Assembly (NCBI GenBank): GCA_964652295.1
Contig: CAZZCL010000003.1
Span: forward strand, 141 to 64,140
Direction of reading: 5' to 3'
DNA: 64,000 bases
Origin: an uncultured Chthoniobacterales bacterium
GTDB taxonomy: Bacteria; Verrucomicrobiota; Verrucomicrobiia; Chthoniobacterales; CALDSX01
The notes beneath the pieces were generated by a model. It searched no databases. It had not been told where the DNA came from and saw only the letters and a program-made list of their open reading frames with translations. Made by a program: the position numbers and the translations under genes. Shown here one piece after another: positions 11,075-20,574 of this stretch (within the stretch, counting starts at the first letter, position 1; each line of letters starts with the position of its first letter).

Positions 11075-13066
11075 TTATTCCCCGTCGCCAGGAAGCAGAT
11101 GAGCCTTCACGCGGTAGAGCAGCAACCGGACTTCACCCACCTGCAGAACGTTGGCGAGCGGCACAGATTCCAGCCATGGGGGCGGTCGACCGTCGGCAAG
11201 ACGCGCGGCGAGTGTGCGCTCCAGCCGGGCCGGATCGCGGGTGCCTTCCGCAATCCAAAGCATCTCTTCTGCAAAGATTTTGCTACCCAGAGATAGAACG
11301 TGCGTCACCCCGCGCTGCGTGAGGATGCGCGCCGGATCTCCGCCCGGTTGCGAAGCAAAAACCAGTGCTGTGTCCCGCAGGCCCTCGACATTCTCCCAAT
11401 AATAAGACCCGACAACCCGCGCCGCGCGATGTCCCGCCATCCATGGAGCGGCATCGGGAAATCCAAGTAAAACAACGTCCTCGCCCGCGTCTTTGCCAAA
11501 AATGCGCAAGAACAAAGCGCAGTTGCGCATCGCAGCCATTGAGCGTCCGCGTTCCGCGTAGGAGAAACCGGGGATTGAGCGCGTTCTGCGGTCCAGTTCG
11601 GCAAGCCACATGACACATGTGCCTGTGAGGACGGCAAGCGCCATCACACGTAACAACCGCCTGCCGCCCCGCGCGGATTGTGGAGGGAACGCTGCGAGGG
11701 CGACAAAACAGATCGCCGTGGCACTGGCAAGGCCGGTCCATCGGATCTGCATCGCGGCCAACCCCGACAGGCCGACGGCCACAGGCAGCACTAACCAATA
11801 CGCCGCATGTGTGCGCCCGCGAAACGCGCTGGCAGCCATCAGCGCGGCTGCCACTGGAAGAAGCAGTGGCGCAATCCCCACGCGCGATACGAAAGCCGCC
11901 AATGGCGTTTCACCCGGTGTTGCGAATACACTGCGAAACTCCGTGATGACCTCGTGCGCGCGCGCCATGTAATCATTCTGAAGGCTGTGAGCTGCCGGTC
12001 CGAGCACGGCAATCAGGATTCCGGGCAACAGCGCAGCAGCAGCGGTGGGGATAAGAACCGGATCCACACGGCGTTGTGCAAAGGAATTATCGAGCGCCTT
12101 CAGAAAGGCCCCGGCGCAAAACAGCGACAGAGCGTAAGCCGGATGATTCACTTCCAATCGCAAGGAAAACAGGCGGTCCGGTACGTTTTCCAACAGGAAG
12201 AACGCAAGGGCAGAAACCGCGCCTGCGGCACCCCATACGACCCAGGGAAGCGGAGTCTGACCGCCCTTTTTGGAGCGTCTCCGCAACAGGATTTCCACGG
12301 CAGCGCCGCCGCAGAACAGACCCAACATCGCCATCTGCTGCGTGGCTCCAACCCAACACCCGGCCCCTGCGGCGATTCCCGAGATGACAAACCACATCCG
12401 GCGTGCCCGTTCGCCGCGGGTGCTGCATCCCGCTACGCCAGCCAGCAACCAGAGCAGCGTAATGAACAGGTGCTGACCATGATGATCGACGCGGGAGTAG
12501 GAAAAATCCCAGATGACACGCGGAAGCATTGGCAGAACGACGGCCAGCGCGGCTGCGGCACCAACGCTCCAACCGCGGGCGACCAGCGTCCCAACGACGC
12601 CAAGGGCGATGGCGAAAAGGATGGGATTGAAAAACGGTGCCGCGACAGCAATGGCATCGGACGCAGAGAGCTCCCTCTCCAGATACTGCCGTGCCTGGCC
12701 CAGTGCACACAGCATCCATGCCAGACCAGAGTTCCAATACACGGCGCGGCCATGCGGCGCATTGTCAAAATCCGCCTCCCGCAGCCGCCATGCCCCGTCG
12801 GCAGCCATATCCTGCGCATAACGCACCCAGACAAACGCATCCAGTTCCAGATAATCCGGCAGCACGACGGCTTCGGCCGCCAGGGACGCGGGTGGTTGTG
12901 GGACGGCTTCCTTTAGAAAGTGCCGGATGTAAATCGTGTGCAAACCGATTAGGAACCAGCCAATAACAACGGCGGCGACTACAACAGCGGCGCGCACTAT
13001 CCGGCCGCGGGAAGGCCCGGGCAGCGCGCTTTGCAAAAAATAGGAAGTAGGCTGACTCACACCCAA
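11075..13066 (-). CDS. Large polytopic membrane protein, possibly GT-C-fold glycosyltransferase-like
   Basis: 663 aa with more than 12 predicted TM helices. The first loop carries acidic DYLELDAF. The soluble C-terminal ~150 aa follow. Function is not established. Confidence 0.6.
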   Translation of the reverse strand: MGVSQPTSYFLQSALPGPSRGRIVRAAVVVAAVVIGWFLIGLHTIYIRHFLKEAVPQPPASLAAEAVVLPDYLELDAFVWVRYAQDMAADGAWRLREADFDNAPHGRAVYWNSGLAWMLCALGQARQYLERELSASDAIAVAAPFFNPILFAIALGVVGTLVARGWSVGAAAALAVVLPMLPRVIWDFSYSRVDHHGQHLFITLLWLLAGVAGCSTRGERARRMWFVISGIAAGAGCWVGATQQMAMLGLFCGGAAVEILLRRRSKKGGQTPLPWVVWGAAGAVSALAFFLLENVPDRLFSLRLEVNHPAYALSLFCAGAFLKALDNSFAQRRVDPVLIPTAAAALLPGILIAVLGPAAHSLQNDYMARAHEVITEFRSVFATPGETPLAAFVSRVGIAPLLLPVAAALMAASAFRGRTHAAYWLVLPVAVGLSGLAAMQIRWTGLASATAICFVALAAFPPQSARGGRRLLRVMALAVLTGTCVMWLAELDRRTRSIPGFSYAERGRSMAAMRNCALFLRIFGKDAGEDVVLLGFPDAAPWMAGHRAARVVGSYYWENVEGLRDTALVFASQPGGDPARILTQRGVTHVLSLGSKIFAEEMLWIAEGTRDPARLERTLAARLADGRPPPWLESVPLANVLQVGEVRLLLYRVKAHLLPGDGE

Positions 13067-14130
13067 TCTGCGATACCCAGCACTTGGCGTTGCCAGCCGA
13101 GCAATTCTGATGCGTTGGACGGATCGGCAGCAATCCGTTCCATAACGGCGCGGGGAGCAATCACGGATGGATCCAATTTTAACTCAGCAGCCTGTTTCTG
13201 GCGCACTGTGCGCAGGCGTTCAAGGCGCGCATCCTGTTCAGGCGTAAAACGCTTCGGCCGGGGGCGCTGCTGTCGCTCGGGCCATTGATCTTCCGGCTGG
13301 GTGGCCCCCGCCCGCGCGGCCTCAGCGAAGCGGGCCTTTTGCCGCCCTTTAAGCTGCGGCGAATCGAAGGGTTGTCCGGCGTCGTACGCGGCAGCTGCGC
13401 GGAGAAGTTCGTCGTTGCGCAGCACATGAAATGGCGGTCTGTCGCGCTCTCTCGCTGCCGCATCCCGCCATTGCCAGATGGCGCGCAGGATCGCCGCTCC
13501 GCGCGGGCTCAATTTTGCCCACCCGGAGATCCGCCATGCCTCGTCTGGATCGCGTTGCCGATCCTGCATCGCGTTGTCCACAACACGCCTGCACGATTCC
13601 TCAAACCACGCGAGACGACCGGCCTCGACAAGCCGTTCGCGCAGAATCGCCTCCAAGGCATGCAGGTGCCGTGTATCGTTGATGGCGTAGTCGATCATGC
13701 GCGGGGGAAGCGGGCGACGGCCCCAATCTTCCTTTTGCGAGCCTTTGGCCATCTCGATGCCGAGCAGGCTCCGCGCGATGGCGGCAAGTCCGAGTTCTGT
13801 GAAACCGAGCAGCCGTGCCGCAACGCCCGTGTCGAAAATGTCTGGAGACACAAAGGGCCCAGCAGCACGTAGCATGCGGATGTCGTAATCGGCTGCATGA
13901 AAGATAAGCGTTTTGCGCGAGAACAACGCGAGCAACGGATCGATGGACATCTCTGCCAGTGGGTCGACGAGGGCATGCGCGCCATGCTCCGTGCTGATCT
14001 GGATCAGACAGAGTTTTTCGAAGTAACAGTGGAGGCTGTCTGCCTCGGTATCGACTGCAAGCCTCTCCTCCGCCTCAAGCGATTCGATCAGGCGGCTAAG
14101 ATCTTCGGCGGTGGAAAGCAGGGGATTCAA
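13057..14130 (-). CDS. rnd: Ribonuclease D
   Basis: DEDD 3'-5' exonuclease motifs (LAVDTEADSL, AADYDIRML, YAINDTRHL) plus an HRDC-like C-terminus. The TTG start overlaps the rho TGA. Confidence 0.85.
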   Translation of the reverse strand: MNPLLSTAEDLSRLIESLEAEERLAVDTEADSLHCYFEKLCLIQISTEHGAHALVDPLAEMSIDPLLALFSRKTLIFHAADYDIRMLRAAGPFVSPDIFDTGVAARLLGFTELGLAAIARSLLGIEMAKGSQKEDWGRRPLPPRMIDYAINDTRHLHALEAILRERLVEAGRLAWFEESCRRVVDNAMQDRQRDPDEAWRISGWAKLSPRGAAILRAIWQWRDAAARERDRPPFHVLRNDELLRAAAAYDAGQPFDSPQLKGRQKARFAEAARAGATQPEDQWPERQQRPRPKRFTPEQDARLERLRTVRQKQAAELKLDPSVIAPRAVMERIAADPSNASELLGWQRQVLGIADWV

Positions 14131-15830
14131 CGCAGACCGGTCAACAGCAATTCCACATTGGTGCGCGTCGCCTTTATGGCGTCCACGAGTTCTTCCATCG
14201 CTTCGAACGGCGGCTTGGACAGGAGCTGCTTCCGAAGCACGGAGATGCGCTGGAATTCGTCAGGATGATAGAGCAACTCTTCCTTGCGCGTACCGGATTT
14301 CGGAATGTGGATGGCGGGATAGATCCGGCGCTCGATCAACTCGCGGTCAAGATGTAGCTCCATGTTGCCGGTGCCTTTAAATTCCTCGAAGATGACTTCG
14401 TCCATCCTGCTCTCGGTATCCACAAGAGCCGTTGCGAGAATGGTCAGGCTGCCGCCTTCCTCGACATTTCGCGCCGAACTGAAAAAACGTTTCGGCTTCA
14501 TAAGTGCCTTGGATTCCACGCCACCGGACATGATGCGACCCTTGCCGGGCTGCAGGTTGTTGTAACCGCGGGAAAGCCGGGTGATGCTGTCGATTAGGAT
14601 GACGACATCGCGCCCCAGTTCTACGAGGCGTTTGGCACGTTCTCCAAGCAGTTCGGCCACCTGCACATGACGCGTAGGCGGCTCGTCGAACGTGGAACTG
14701 TAGATCTCAGCATCAACTGAACGTTCGAAATCCGTGACTTCTTCCGGACGTTCGTCGACCAGAAGCACCAGAAGCTTCACGTCTTGATTGCAGGCCTGAA
14801 TGGATTTGGCAATCTCTTTGAGCAGAATGGTTTTCCCGGCTCGCGGCGGCGCCACGATGAGACCCCGCTGACCTTTGCCAAGAGGCGCAATCAAATCGAC
14901 TGCACGCGAACTCACCGAACGGCTCGCCTGGTTCTCAAGGGCAAGACGTTCGCGCGGGTGGCAGGGCGTGAGTTCATCGAAGTGTTTGCGGGCCTCCCAT
15001 TCCGAGGCGGGTTGTTCCTCCACGGTGAGCAGTTCGGCAGCTACAAGATGCTTTTCTCTGGTATCACGCGGGGGTCGCAGGCTGACGCGAAGGCGCTGCG
15101 ATGCACGCAGCCGATGCGGCTTCACGATGGTGGGTCCGACATACACATCTTCCGGACATGGAGCGAAATTGTATCGTGGCCAGCGCAAAAGCCCCTGCTG
15201 ATCGCTGTTTGTCATCTCTAGAATACCATCGGCTTCCACACTTGTCCCGAGCTGTAGAAGTCGGCGCAGCAACTCGAAAATCACTTGGTGGCGCGAGCGC
15301 TCGTGGCCCAACCGAAGTCCGTACTTTTCCGCAAGCTCCATCAACCTCGGAAGTGGGCTCGCCTGCAGGTCGTTCAGCACCAAAGCTTCCGGCGGCGGAG
15401 GAAGATTCGGAATTGCGACGGTCACATGAGCCGGAGGCTCGACTCGCGGCTCATCGGCCTGCGCCGCCGTCTGGTCGCCCGGTTGTTCGCCGCCTTCTGC
15501 AAGTTCGCTTCGTGCTGCGTCGGAAGGCGGTGCTTCACGCTCATCGCTCGCAGCTGGCGGATCGCCGGCAGGATCCGGAGGAATCGACGCGTGAGTGGAC
15601 TCATCCAGCGGTTTGACCTCCCGCGCAGGCGGTTCTCCCTGTGTGTGAAGAAATTCCTCATTGGACCCGGCATTAGGCGACACATCTGTGGATTCAGAAA
15701 CTGCGTCTGCCGACGCAATCAATGCTTCAGGCTCGGGAACCTCGGCGATGGCGGAATCCTCGGGCACAGGCGAAACGTCAACCTGCCTTGCTTTTCCAGG
15801 CGTCTTTTTTGCTGATGAACTCTCAGTCAT
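14127..15830 (-). CDS. rho: Transcription termination factor Rho with a ~165-aa acidic N-terminal extension
   Basis: Walker [12 protein letters not shown], and a Rho_N-like [21 protein letters not shown]. The ATG at 15830 overlaps the coaE 3' end by 8 nt. Confidence 0.95.
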   Translation of the reverse strand: MTESSSAKKTPGKARQVDVSPVPEDSAIAEVPEPEALIASADAVSESTDVSPNAGSNEEFLHTQGEPPAREVKPLDESTHASIPPDPAGDPPAASDEREAPPSDAARSELAEGGEQPGDQTAAQADEPRVEPPAHVTVAIPNLPPPPEALVLNDLQASPLPRLMELAEKYGLRLGHERSRHQVIFELLRRLLQLGTSVEADGILEMTNSDQQGLLRWPRYNFAPCPEDVYVGPTIVKPHRLRASQRLRVSLRPPRDTREKHLVAAELLTVEEQPASEWEARKHFDELTPCHPRERLALENQASRSVSSRAVDLIAPLGKGQRGLIVAPPRAGKTILLKEIAKSIQACNQDVKLLVLLVDERPEEVTDFERSVDAEIYSSTFDEPPTRHVQVAELLGERAKRLVELGRDVVILIDSITRLSRGYNNLQPGKGRIMSGGVESKALMKPKRFFSSARNVEEGGSLTILATALVDTESRMDEVIFEEFKGTGNMELHLDRELIERRIYPAIHIPKSGTRKEELLYHPDEFQRISVLRKQLLSKPPFEAMEELVDAIKATRTNVELLLTGLR

Positions 15831-16443
15831 GAGTTTGGGAGACCGAAACGCCAAGCAACGCGAGTAATTCGGAGACCTGACCCAAGAGGATTGACTCCAC
15901 ACATTCGGTCCAGATCACGTAATCGGCGCGCTCGATCTTGCGTTCCAATGGCCACTGGGCTGCTATCACGCGCCCCGCAGCTTTAGGGTCAAGCTGCCTC
16001 TGCCCGGCCAGACGTTCATGTTGAACGTTGGGCGAACAAGCGGCGACGACAACCGCATCGCAATCCCGGTCGGCACCGGTCTCAAAGAGTAAAGGTACGT
16101 CGGCGAGGAACAGATTGCAAGTGGCCCTTTCGCGCGCTTCGGCCATGGCGTGGCGCAGGCTTGCCAGCACGGGGGGATGGAGGATGGTCTCGAGCCGTGC
16201 GCGATCCTGGGGCGAGGCAAAAACCCGTTCCCGAAGGCGTGCCCGATCGATCTGCCCGGAGGAATCGAACGCGTCTCCTCCAAAGGCCGTACACACTGCG
16301 CCGCGGATGGCTTCATCGTTCGCAAGGAGACGATGGACCTCGGCGTCCGCATCGAACGCCATGGCAGCAGTGACGCCGCGCACAGCTCGCGTGACGGTGC
16401 TCTTACCGGTAGCGGGCCCGCCAGTGATGCCAAGGGCGATCAT
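15823..16443 (-). CDS. coaE: Dephospho-CoA kinase
   Basis: Begins MIALGITGGPATGKSTV with a P-loop at the N-terminus. The length is typical for the family. Confidence 0.9.
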   Translation of the reverse strand: MIALGITGGPATGKSTVTRAVRGVTAAMAFDADAEVHRLLANDEAIRGAVCTAFGGDAFDSSGQIDRARLRERVFASPQDRARLETILHPPVLASLRHAMAEARERATCNLFLADVPLLFETGADRDCDAVVVAACSPNVQHERLAGQRQLDPKAAGRVIAAQWPLERKIERADYVIWTECVESILLGQVSELLALLGVSVSQTHD

Positions 16444-16504
16444 ACAAAGAAAAAGCGGGTAAACATCGACAGGCGACAAAAAGGCTTAACGAGGATTTGA
16501 ACTT

Positions 16505-16550
16505 AAAAAGCACATGGGGACGATCGGAAAGATCGTCCCCACCCAAAAAA
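16505..16550 (-). terminator. Intrinsic terminator after the secretin gene
   Basis: GGGGACGATC-ggaaa-GATCGTCCCC is a perfect 10-bp stem. It is flanked by an A-run on one side and a T-run on the other: the minus strand continues atgtgCTTTTT. Confidence 0.65.
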
Positions 16551-16593
16551 CGAAACTCAGCGCCGCAGAGATCCCGGAGCCCTTGAGAACCGA

Positions 16594-19218
16594 TCAGGGA
16601 GTAGACAGCACGTCGGCAGGAGGAAGAAGCAGCCCGGGTTCCTCAATGCTCTGGTCTTCGTTAAGGATCGCTTCCTCGGCCCGACTCAATTTGATGGGCT
16701 GTCCGGCCGGATCGATCAGGCGCGTCGTGACAAAGATGATCAGGTTGCGTTTGAGATGCTGGTCGACAGAACTGCGGAACGCGCGTCCGAGCAGAGGGAT
16801 ATCTCCGAGCACCGGCACTTTATCTTCGACCTTTTGAACATCCTCACGCATCAGGCCACCGATGACGACGGTCTGACCGTCCCAGATGGTCACGCTGGTC
16901 TGCACCTTGCGTGTACTGAACACGGGCTGGTTGATGACGTTGTCAGTAAGAAGCACGCTGTCCGACGAACTAAAAAAGCCCAGATCGTCCGTGGAAAGGC
17001 CTAAGCCAAAAATCGGACTGCCGTAATTGATGAAGCCTTCAAACTCGACCACCTGCGGAATGAGATTGAGATCGATCGTATAACCGTCGGGCCCGACGGT
17101 TGGCTCGACTTCAAGGGTCACGCCCGTGTTACGCGTTTCGAATGTGGTCGGAGTGGTCGGAGCGACCACCACACTCCCGCCTTGAATTTCCTGAGGCACC
17201 TGCGGTGATTCAAACTCGGTCGGATAACGCAATTCGCGGATGATCTCGATGACAGCCCTCTGGCCACTGCGCGTCGTGACGCGGGGTGCCGACAGGAGGT
17301 CGACCCCCTTCTTCTGGTCAAGAGCCCGGATGACCAGCTGGAATTGAGGATCGGTAAATACCCCCGCCAGGCTGAATGTGCCGGGGGCAACCCCGCTGGG
17401 GATACCAAAGAGCAATGAGTCGATCGCATTGCCCGTAATGGCGCCGAGGGCTCCGGTGCCGGTCCGGTTTCCTCCTGTTAAAGGATTGTTTCCAATGGGA
17501 TTGTTGTTAACCGGATCGGTGAAGGGAAATTCAGCACCGGTGATGGTATCCGAGCGAAGGGGCCCCGGGGTGCCGCCACCGCCAAAAGTGCGGGCGCTTG
17601 AGCCCACGTTGAACTGGCCAAGCAGCCAATCGAAGCTGAGTTCCTTAAGATCGTTCTGTGTGACCTCGACAAACTTGGATTCGATCTCGACCTGGCGCGG
17701 TTTGAGCTGCTGGGTTTGGGCAACAAGTTCGTCTATCAGGTCGAGATTCGTCTGCGTATTCTTGACGATTAACCGGCTGGTTGCGGGGAAGTACGTGGCG
17801 CTTGCACCTTCAGGGAAGGTGACTCCGGCGTTCTCAAGAAATTCGCGTGCCGTCGGGGGCGCGGCACCACCGGCTCCGGGATCCATGCCAAACTGCGGTT
17901 CGGCACCCGTTCCCGTGGGCGTCGCTGAGAGAGGTGTCAGCAAAAAGGTGGGCGGAACGCGGTAGGTCTTTGTGAAGAGATCGTCGGTCGCGACATTCAG
18001 CGGGACGACGAGGACGGCAAAAGGCTCCACCTTGTACTTGAGCCCGGCCAGGTTTGTGACGTAACGCAGCGCTTCACGCAGGGGAATATTGCTCAACTCG
18101 ACGGTGATGCGAAGATTGTTGGGATCGAGTCCCGCTCCAGGTAATCCGCCGGCTTCTCCGGCTTCGGGAGCGGCTGCTGCCGCATCTACGCCGGCATCGA
18201 GATTTACAACGATATTGATACCCCTTTGGCCACCGAGCCCCGTTTCGTCGCGCCGGACAGATTCCTGTTTAAGGAAGTCGATCGCTTCACGCACGGTGGC
18301 ATCCCGCAGATCGATGCGAGGGATGACGACTTGATCGAGCTTGGCGTTGTTCGCAGCCAGCAGGCTTTGATCCTGCCCATCGGCATCAATCGGACCCGCC
18401 GCGGGCCCATCGAGAAACGGCTGGACGGGCGGTTGCCATGCGCGCTGCAGATCGCTGAGGTAACGCTGACGAGCGGTGTTGTACGCATCCTTGCCATAGC
18501 GATCAAGTTCGACATACACTTCTTCCTGAAGTCGTCGTGCGGCCTTGTTGTAAGGATCGAGATTGAGAACCTGATCCGTCCGCTTGATGGCGAGATCGAA
18601 CTGGCCTGTCTTGTAAAAATTTTCTGCGTCAAGCAGCCACTGGCGCACCTGCTCCACGTCCGCGACATACGTGGGCGTGACAGCGGTGTTATAAAACGTG
18701 GGATCTTCAAGACGCGCAAGAAGCACCAGCGCAGGTTTGTAGTGCGGATTGAGTTCCAGAATGCCCTCGGCGATTTCGCGTGCCTGAGCGTACTCGCCCT
18801 CCGTAATGCGCTGCTCCGCGAGACGCATGCTGGCAGCGCAGAACTTGTCGAGTGCCTCGGCGCGGAGCGATGCGCTGACATCCGCGTCCGGAAGCATTTC
18901 AAAAGCCCCACGGTACAAGCCCACGGCCTGTTCATAATCCTTGTCGCGCATGGCCTGATCGCCCTGCGCAATCAGATCGCGCGCCTCATTCATGGCTTGT
19001 TGCCGCCTCGCAATCTCCCGTTCAGCAACGCCGACAAGATCGCCACCGCCGCCCGGCTCGCCCATCGTCCCCGAAAATCCGGACGGCGCGACACCGAGCA
19101 ACATTGCAGTCGCAATGAAGAGGGGGATAAGTTTCGATGCGTTGATAGCGACTGGGCTGTGGGTTTGGCGGTGATGCGACATAAACTGCACTCGGGGTTG
19201 CTCGGAGGGATTGGTCAT
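16594..19218 (-). CDS. Type IV pilus/T2SS-family secretin with N-terminal TPR region (Amuc_1098-like)
   Basis: C-terminal secretin domain (...VPVLGDIPLLGRAFRSSV...NLIIFVTTRLI). TPR-like repeats lie in the first ~270 aa. Signal peptide present; an alternative ATG lies at 19182. Confidence 0.9.
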   Translation of the reverse strand: MTNPSEQPRVQFMSHHRQTHSPVAINASKLIPLFIATAMLLGVAPSGFSGTMGEPGGGGDLVGVAEREIARRQQAMNEARDLIAQGDQAMRDKDYEQAVGLYRGAFEMLPDADVSASLRAEALDKFCAASMRLAEQRITEGEYAQAREIAEGILELNPHYKPALVLLARLEDPTFYNTAVTPTYVADVEQVRQWLLDAENFYKTGQFDLAIKRTDQVLNLDPYNKAARRLQEEVYVELDRYGKDAYNTARQRYLSDLQRAWQPPVQPFLDGPAAGPIDADGQDQSLLAANNAKLDQVVIPRIDLRDATVREAIDFLKQESVRRDETGLGGQRGINIVVNLDAGVDAAAAAPEAGEAGGLPGAGLDPNNLRITVELSNIPLREALRYVTNLAGLKYKVEPFAVLVVPLNVATDDLFTKTYRVPPTFLLTPLSATPTGTGAEPQFGMDPGAGGAAPPTAREFLENAGVTFPEGASATYFPATSRLIVKNTQTNLDLIDELVAQTQQLKPRQVEIESKFVEVTQNDLKELSFDWLLGQFNVGSSARTFGGGGTPGPLRSDTITGAEFPFTDPVNNNPIGNNPLTGGNRTGTGALGAITGNAIDSLLFGIPSGVAPGTFSLAGVFTDPQFQLVIRALDQKKGVDLLSAPRVTTRSGQRAVIEIIRELRYPTEFESPQVPQEIQGGSVVVAPTTPTTFETRNTGVTLEVEPTVGPDGYTIDLNLIPQVVEFEGFINYGSPIFGLGLSTDDLGFFSSSDSVLLTDNVINQPVFSTRKVQTSVTIWDGQTVVIGGLMREDVQKVEDKVPVLGDIPLLGRAFRSSVDQHLKRNLIIFVTTRLIDPAGQPIKLSRAEEAILNEDQSIEEPGLLLPPADVLSTP

Positions 19219-19422
19219 TGCGTTGGAAGGTTCGAAAACGTTGGAGACAGCATCTGCACCGACAGGGGTGGCTTTGCCGAAAAATCGACCGAATCGAAGG
19301 CAGGTTGGAGGGATCTGAGCATGCTGCGTCTTAAAAATCTCTTCCGAGTATTGTGAATAAGTCGCGAAAAAGAAAGGAATCTTTTTTGGCGAAAATTGCG
19401 ATTTTCCTGGCGCGCCCTAAAC

Positions 19423-19482
19423 CTGGACCTCGATTCGGACTGGGACTTGGATTCGAATTTGGATTCGGATTTGGGTCTGAAA
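19423..19482. repeat. Degenerate hexamer/dodecamer tandem repeat (10 units, NNGGAY-like)
   Basis: Units: ctggac ctcgat tcggac tgggac ttggat tcgaat ttggat tcggat ttgggt ctgaaa. It lies in the 345-nt gap between the Amuc_1099-like gene and the secretin gene. Confidence 0.7.
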
Positions 19483-19563
19483 ATCCTGCGACCCCGAGAA
19501 ACCCGACGGGGTGAAAGACCAGATCGCCCAAATCAACTCCCTGGGCTGAGCATTTTCCCCGAA

Positions 19564-20571
19564 TCAATTCTGCCCTCCAAAAATCTCGCCAAGGCCCCCT
19601 GAATCTTCCGTCGGCTGATCGACTTCCACGGGCGGAACCAGAAATTCTTCGCCGGTTTCGAGATTGACGATTACGGCGTTGGCGTCGCGCACTTCCTTGT
19701 ATTGCAGGCGCAGGGCGTTGTCAGGCGGCAAGGTAAACTCTTCGTTGCGTTTGAGGCGGATTTCGCTGTCATCAAGCAAATACTTAAGCACAACGAATCC
19801 CTCGCCAAGGTCTGTGATACGTTCCCTGACGAGAACGAACGTTTCTCCGGTCTCCGTGTTTTCGAGTGTCACCTCAGAGATATCAACCTCGATTGTGCTT
19901 CCCCCGAGATTGCGTTCCTCGGTTTTGGGTTCGAGTTTTGCAATTCGGAATTTCGTGCCGCGCACCTCCTGCCCAACCTCAAGAAACTGAGAGGGTTGCC
20001 GGATATCGATGGTGTTGATCGTCACCACGTCCTCTGTGTAGGAGGTGAAGACAAGACGGTTCGGAACCTGCCTCGCTTCCTGCAGGCGCAGAAGCAGGTA
20101 TCTTGGCGGTGAAGAAGCTGCGTCGGTCGGATCGGCACCACTTTCGTACTCCTGCAGGTTTGTAAATTTGTCCCCGTCGGAATCGGTCAGGAGGATGCGG
20201 GGATCCTGAATATCGAGTTCCGGATGTTCTGCGAACCACGCGTTGGGAACGGGCGGATGGATCGGCGGGGAACCCGGGGAGGTTGGATCGATGAGGCGCC
20301 CCTCAGGCGATACAAGGTAGGGCTTGGATACGTAGAGGGAGGCTCCTCGCGCCTGCCATTCGGGCGGAGCGTCAATAGCCGCGCCCGCGTTCTCCAGTGC
20401 GGCGAGTTCCATCTCGGGCATCTTGTTGCCCTGAGGAGCAGCAGCCTGCAGTTGGGCGAACACCTCGTTGAAAGCGCGCGCCTGCAGCAACAGAAGAGCC
20501 GAAGATGCAGCCAGGCTGAGTGCCACGACAAGTAGCACGGTTTTGCCGTAGTTCGCTTTAAACCATTCCAT
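19564..20571 (-). CDS. Membrane-anchored pilus-like system protein (Amuc_1099-like by position)
   Basis: N-terminal TM (TVLLVVALSLAASSALLLL) followed by a ~300-aa soluble domain. The start is 3 nt after the upstream gene's stop. The family call rests on synteny only. Confidence 0.6.
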   Translation of the reverse strand: MEWFKANYGKTVLLVVALSLAASSALLLLQARAFNEVFAQLQAAAPQGNKMPEMELAALENAGAAIDAPPEWQARGASLYVSKPYLVSPEGRLIDPTSPGSPPIHPPVPNAWFAEHPELDIQDPRILLTDSDGDKFTNLQEYESGADPTDAASSPPRYLLLRLQEARQVPNRLVFTSYTEDVVTINTIDIRQPSQFLEVGQEVRGTKFRIAKLEPKTEERNLGGSTIEVDISEVTLENTETGETFVLVRERITDLGEGFVVLKYLLDDSEIRLKRNEEFTLPPDNALRLQYKEVRDANAVIVNLETGEEFLVPPVEVDQPTEDSGGLGEIFGGQN

Positions 20572-20574
20572 GCA

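Noticed and set aside
11807-12916. 369-aa + strand ORF, and several 100-200-aa ORFs between 11.1 and 13.2 kb
   Set aside because: They overlap the 663-aa membrane protein, whose hydrophobic periodicity is coherent. The alternative frames are Arg/Pro/Gln-rich with no structure.
19331-19567. 78-aa ORF encoding a PNPNPNSNPSPSPN repeat
   Set aside because: It has a TTG start, no signal peptide or TM helix, and spans an AT-rich promoter-like stretch. I treat the repeat as a DNA-level feature, though proteomics could overturn this.
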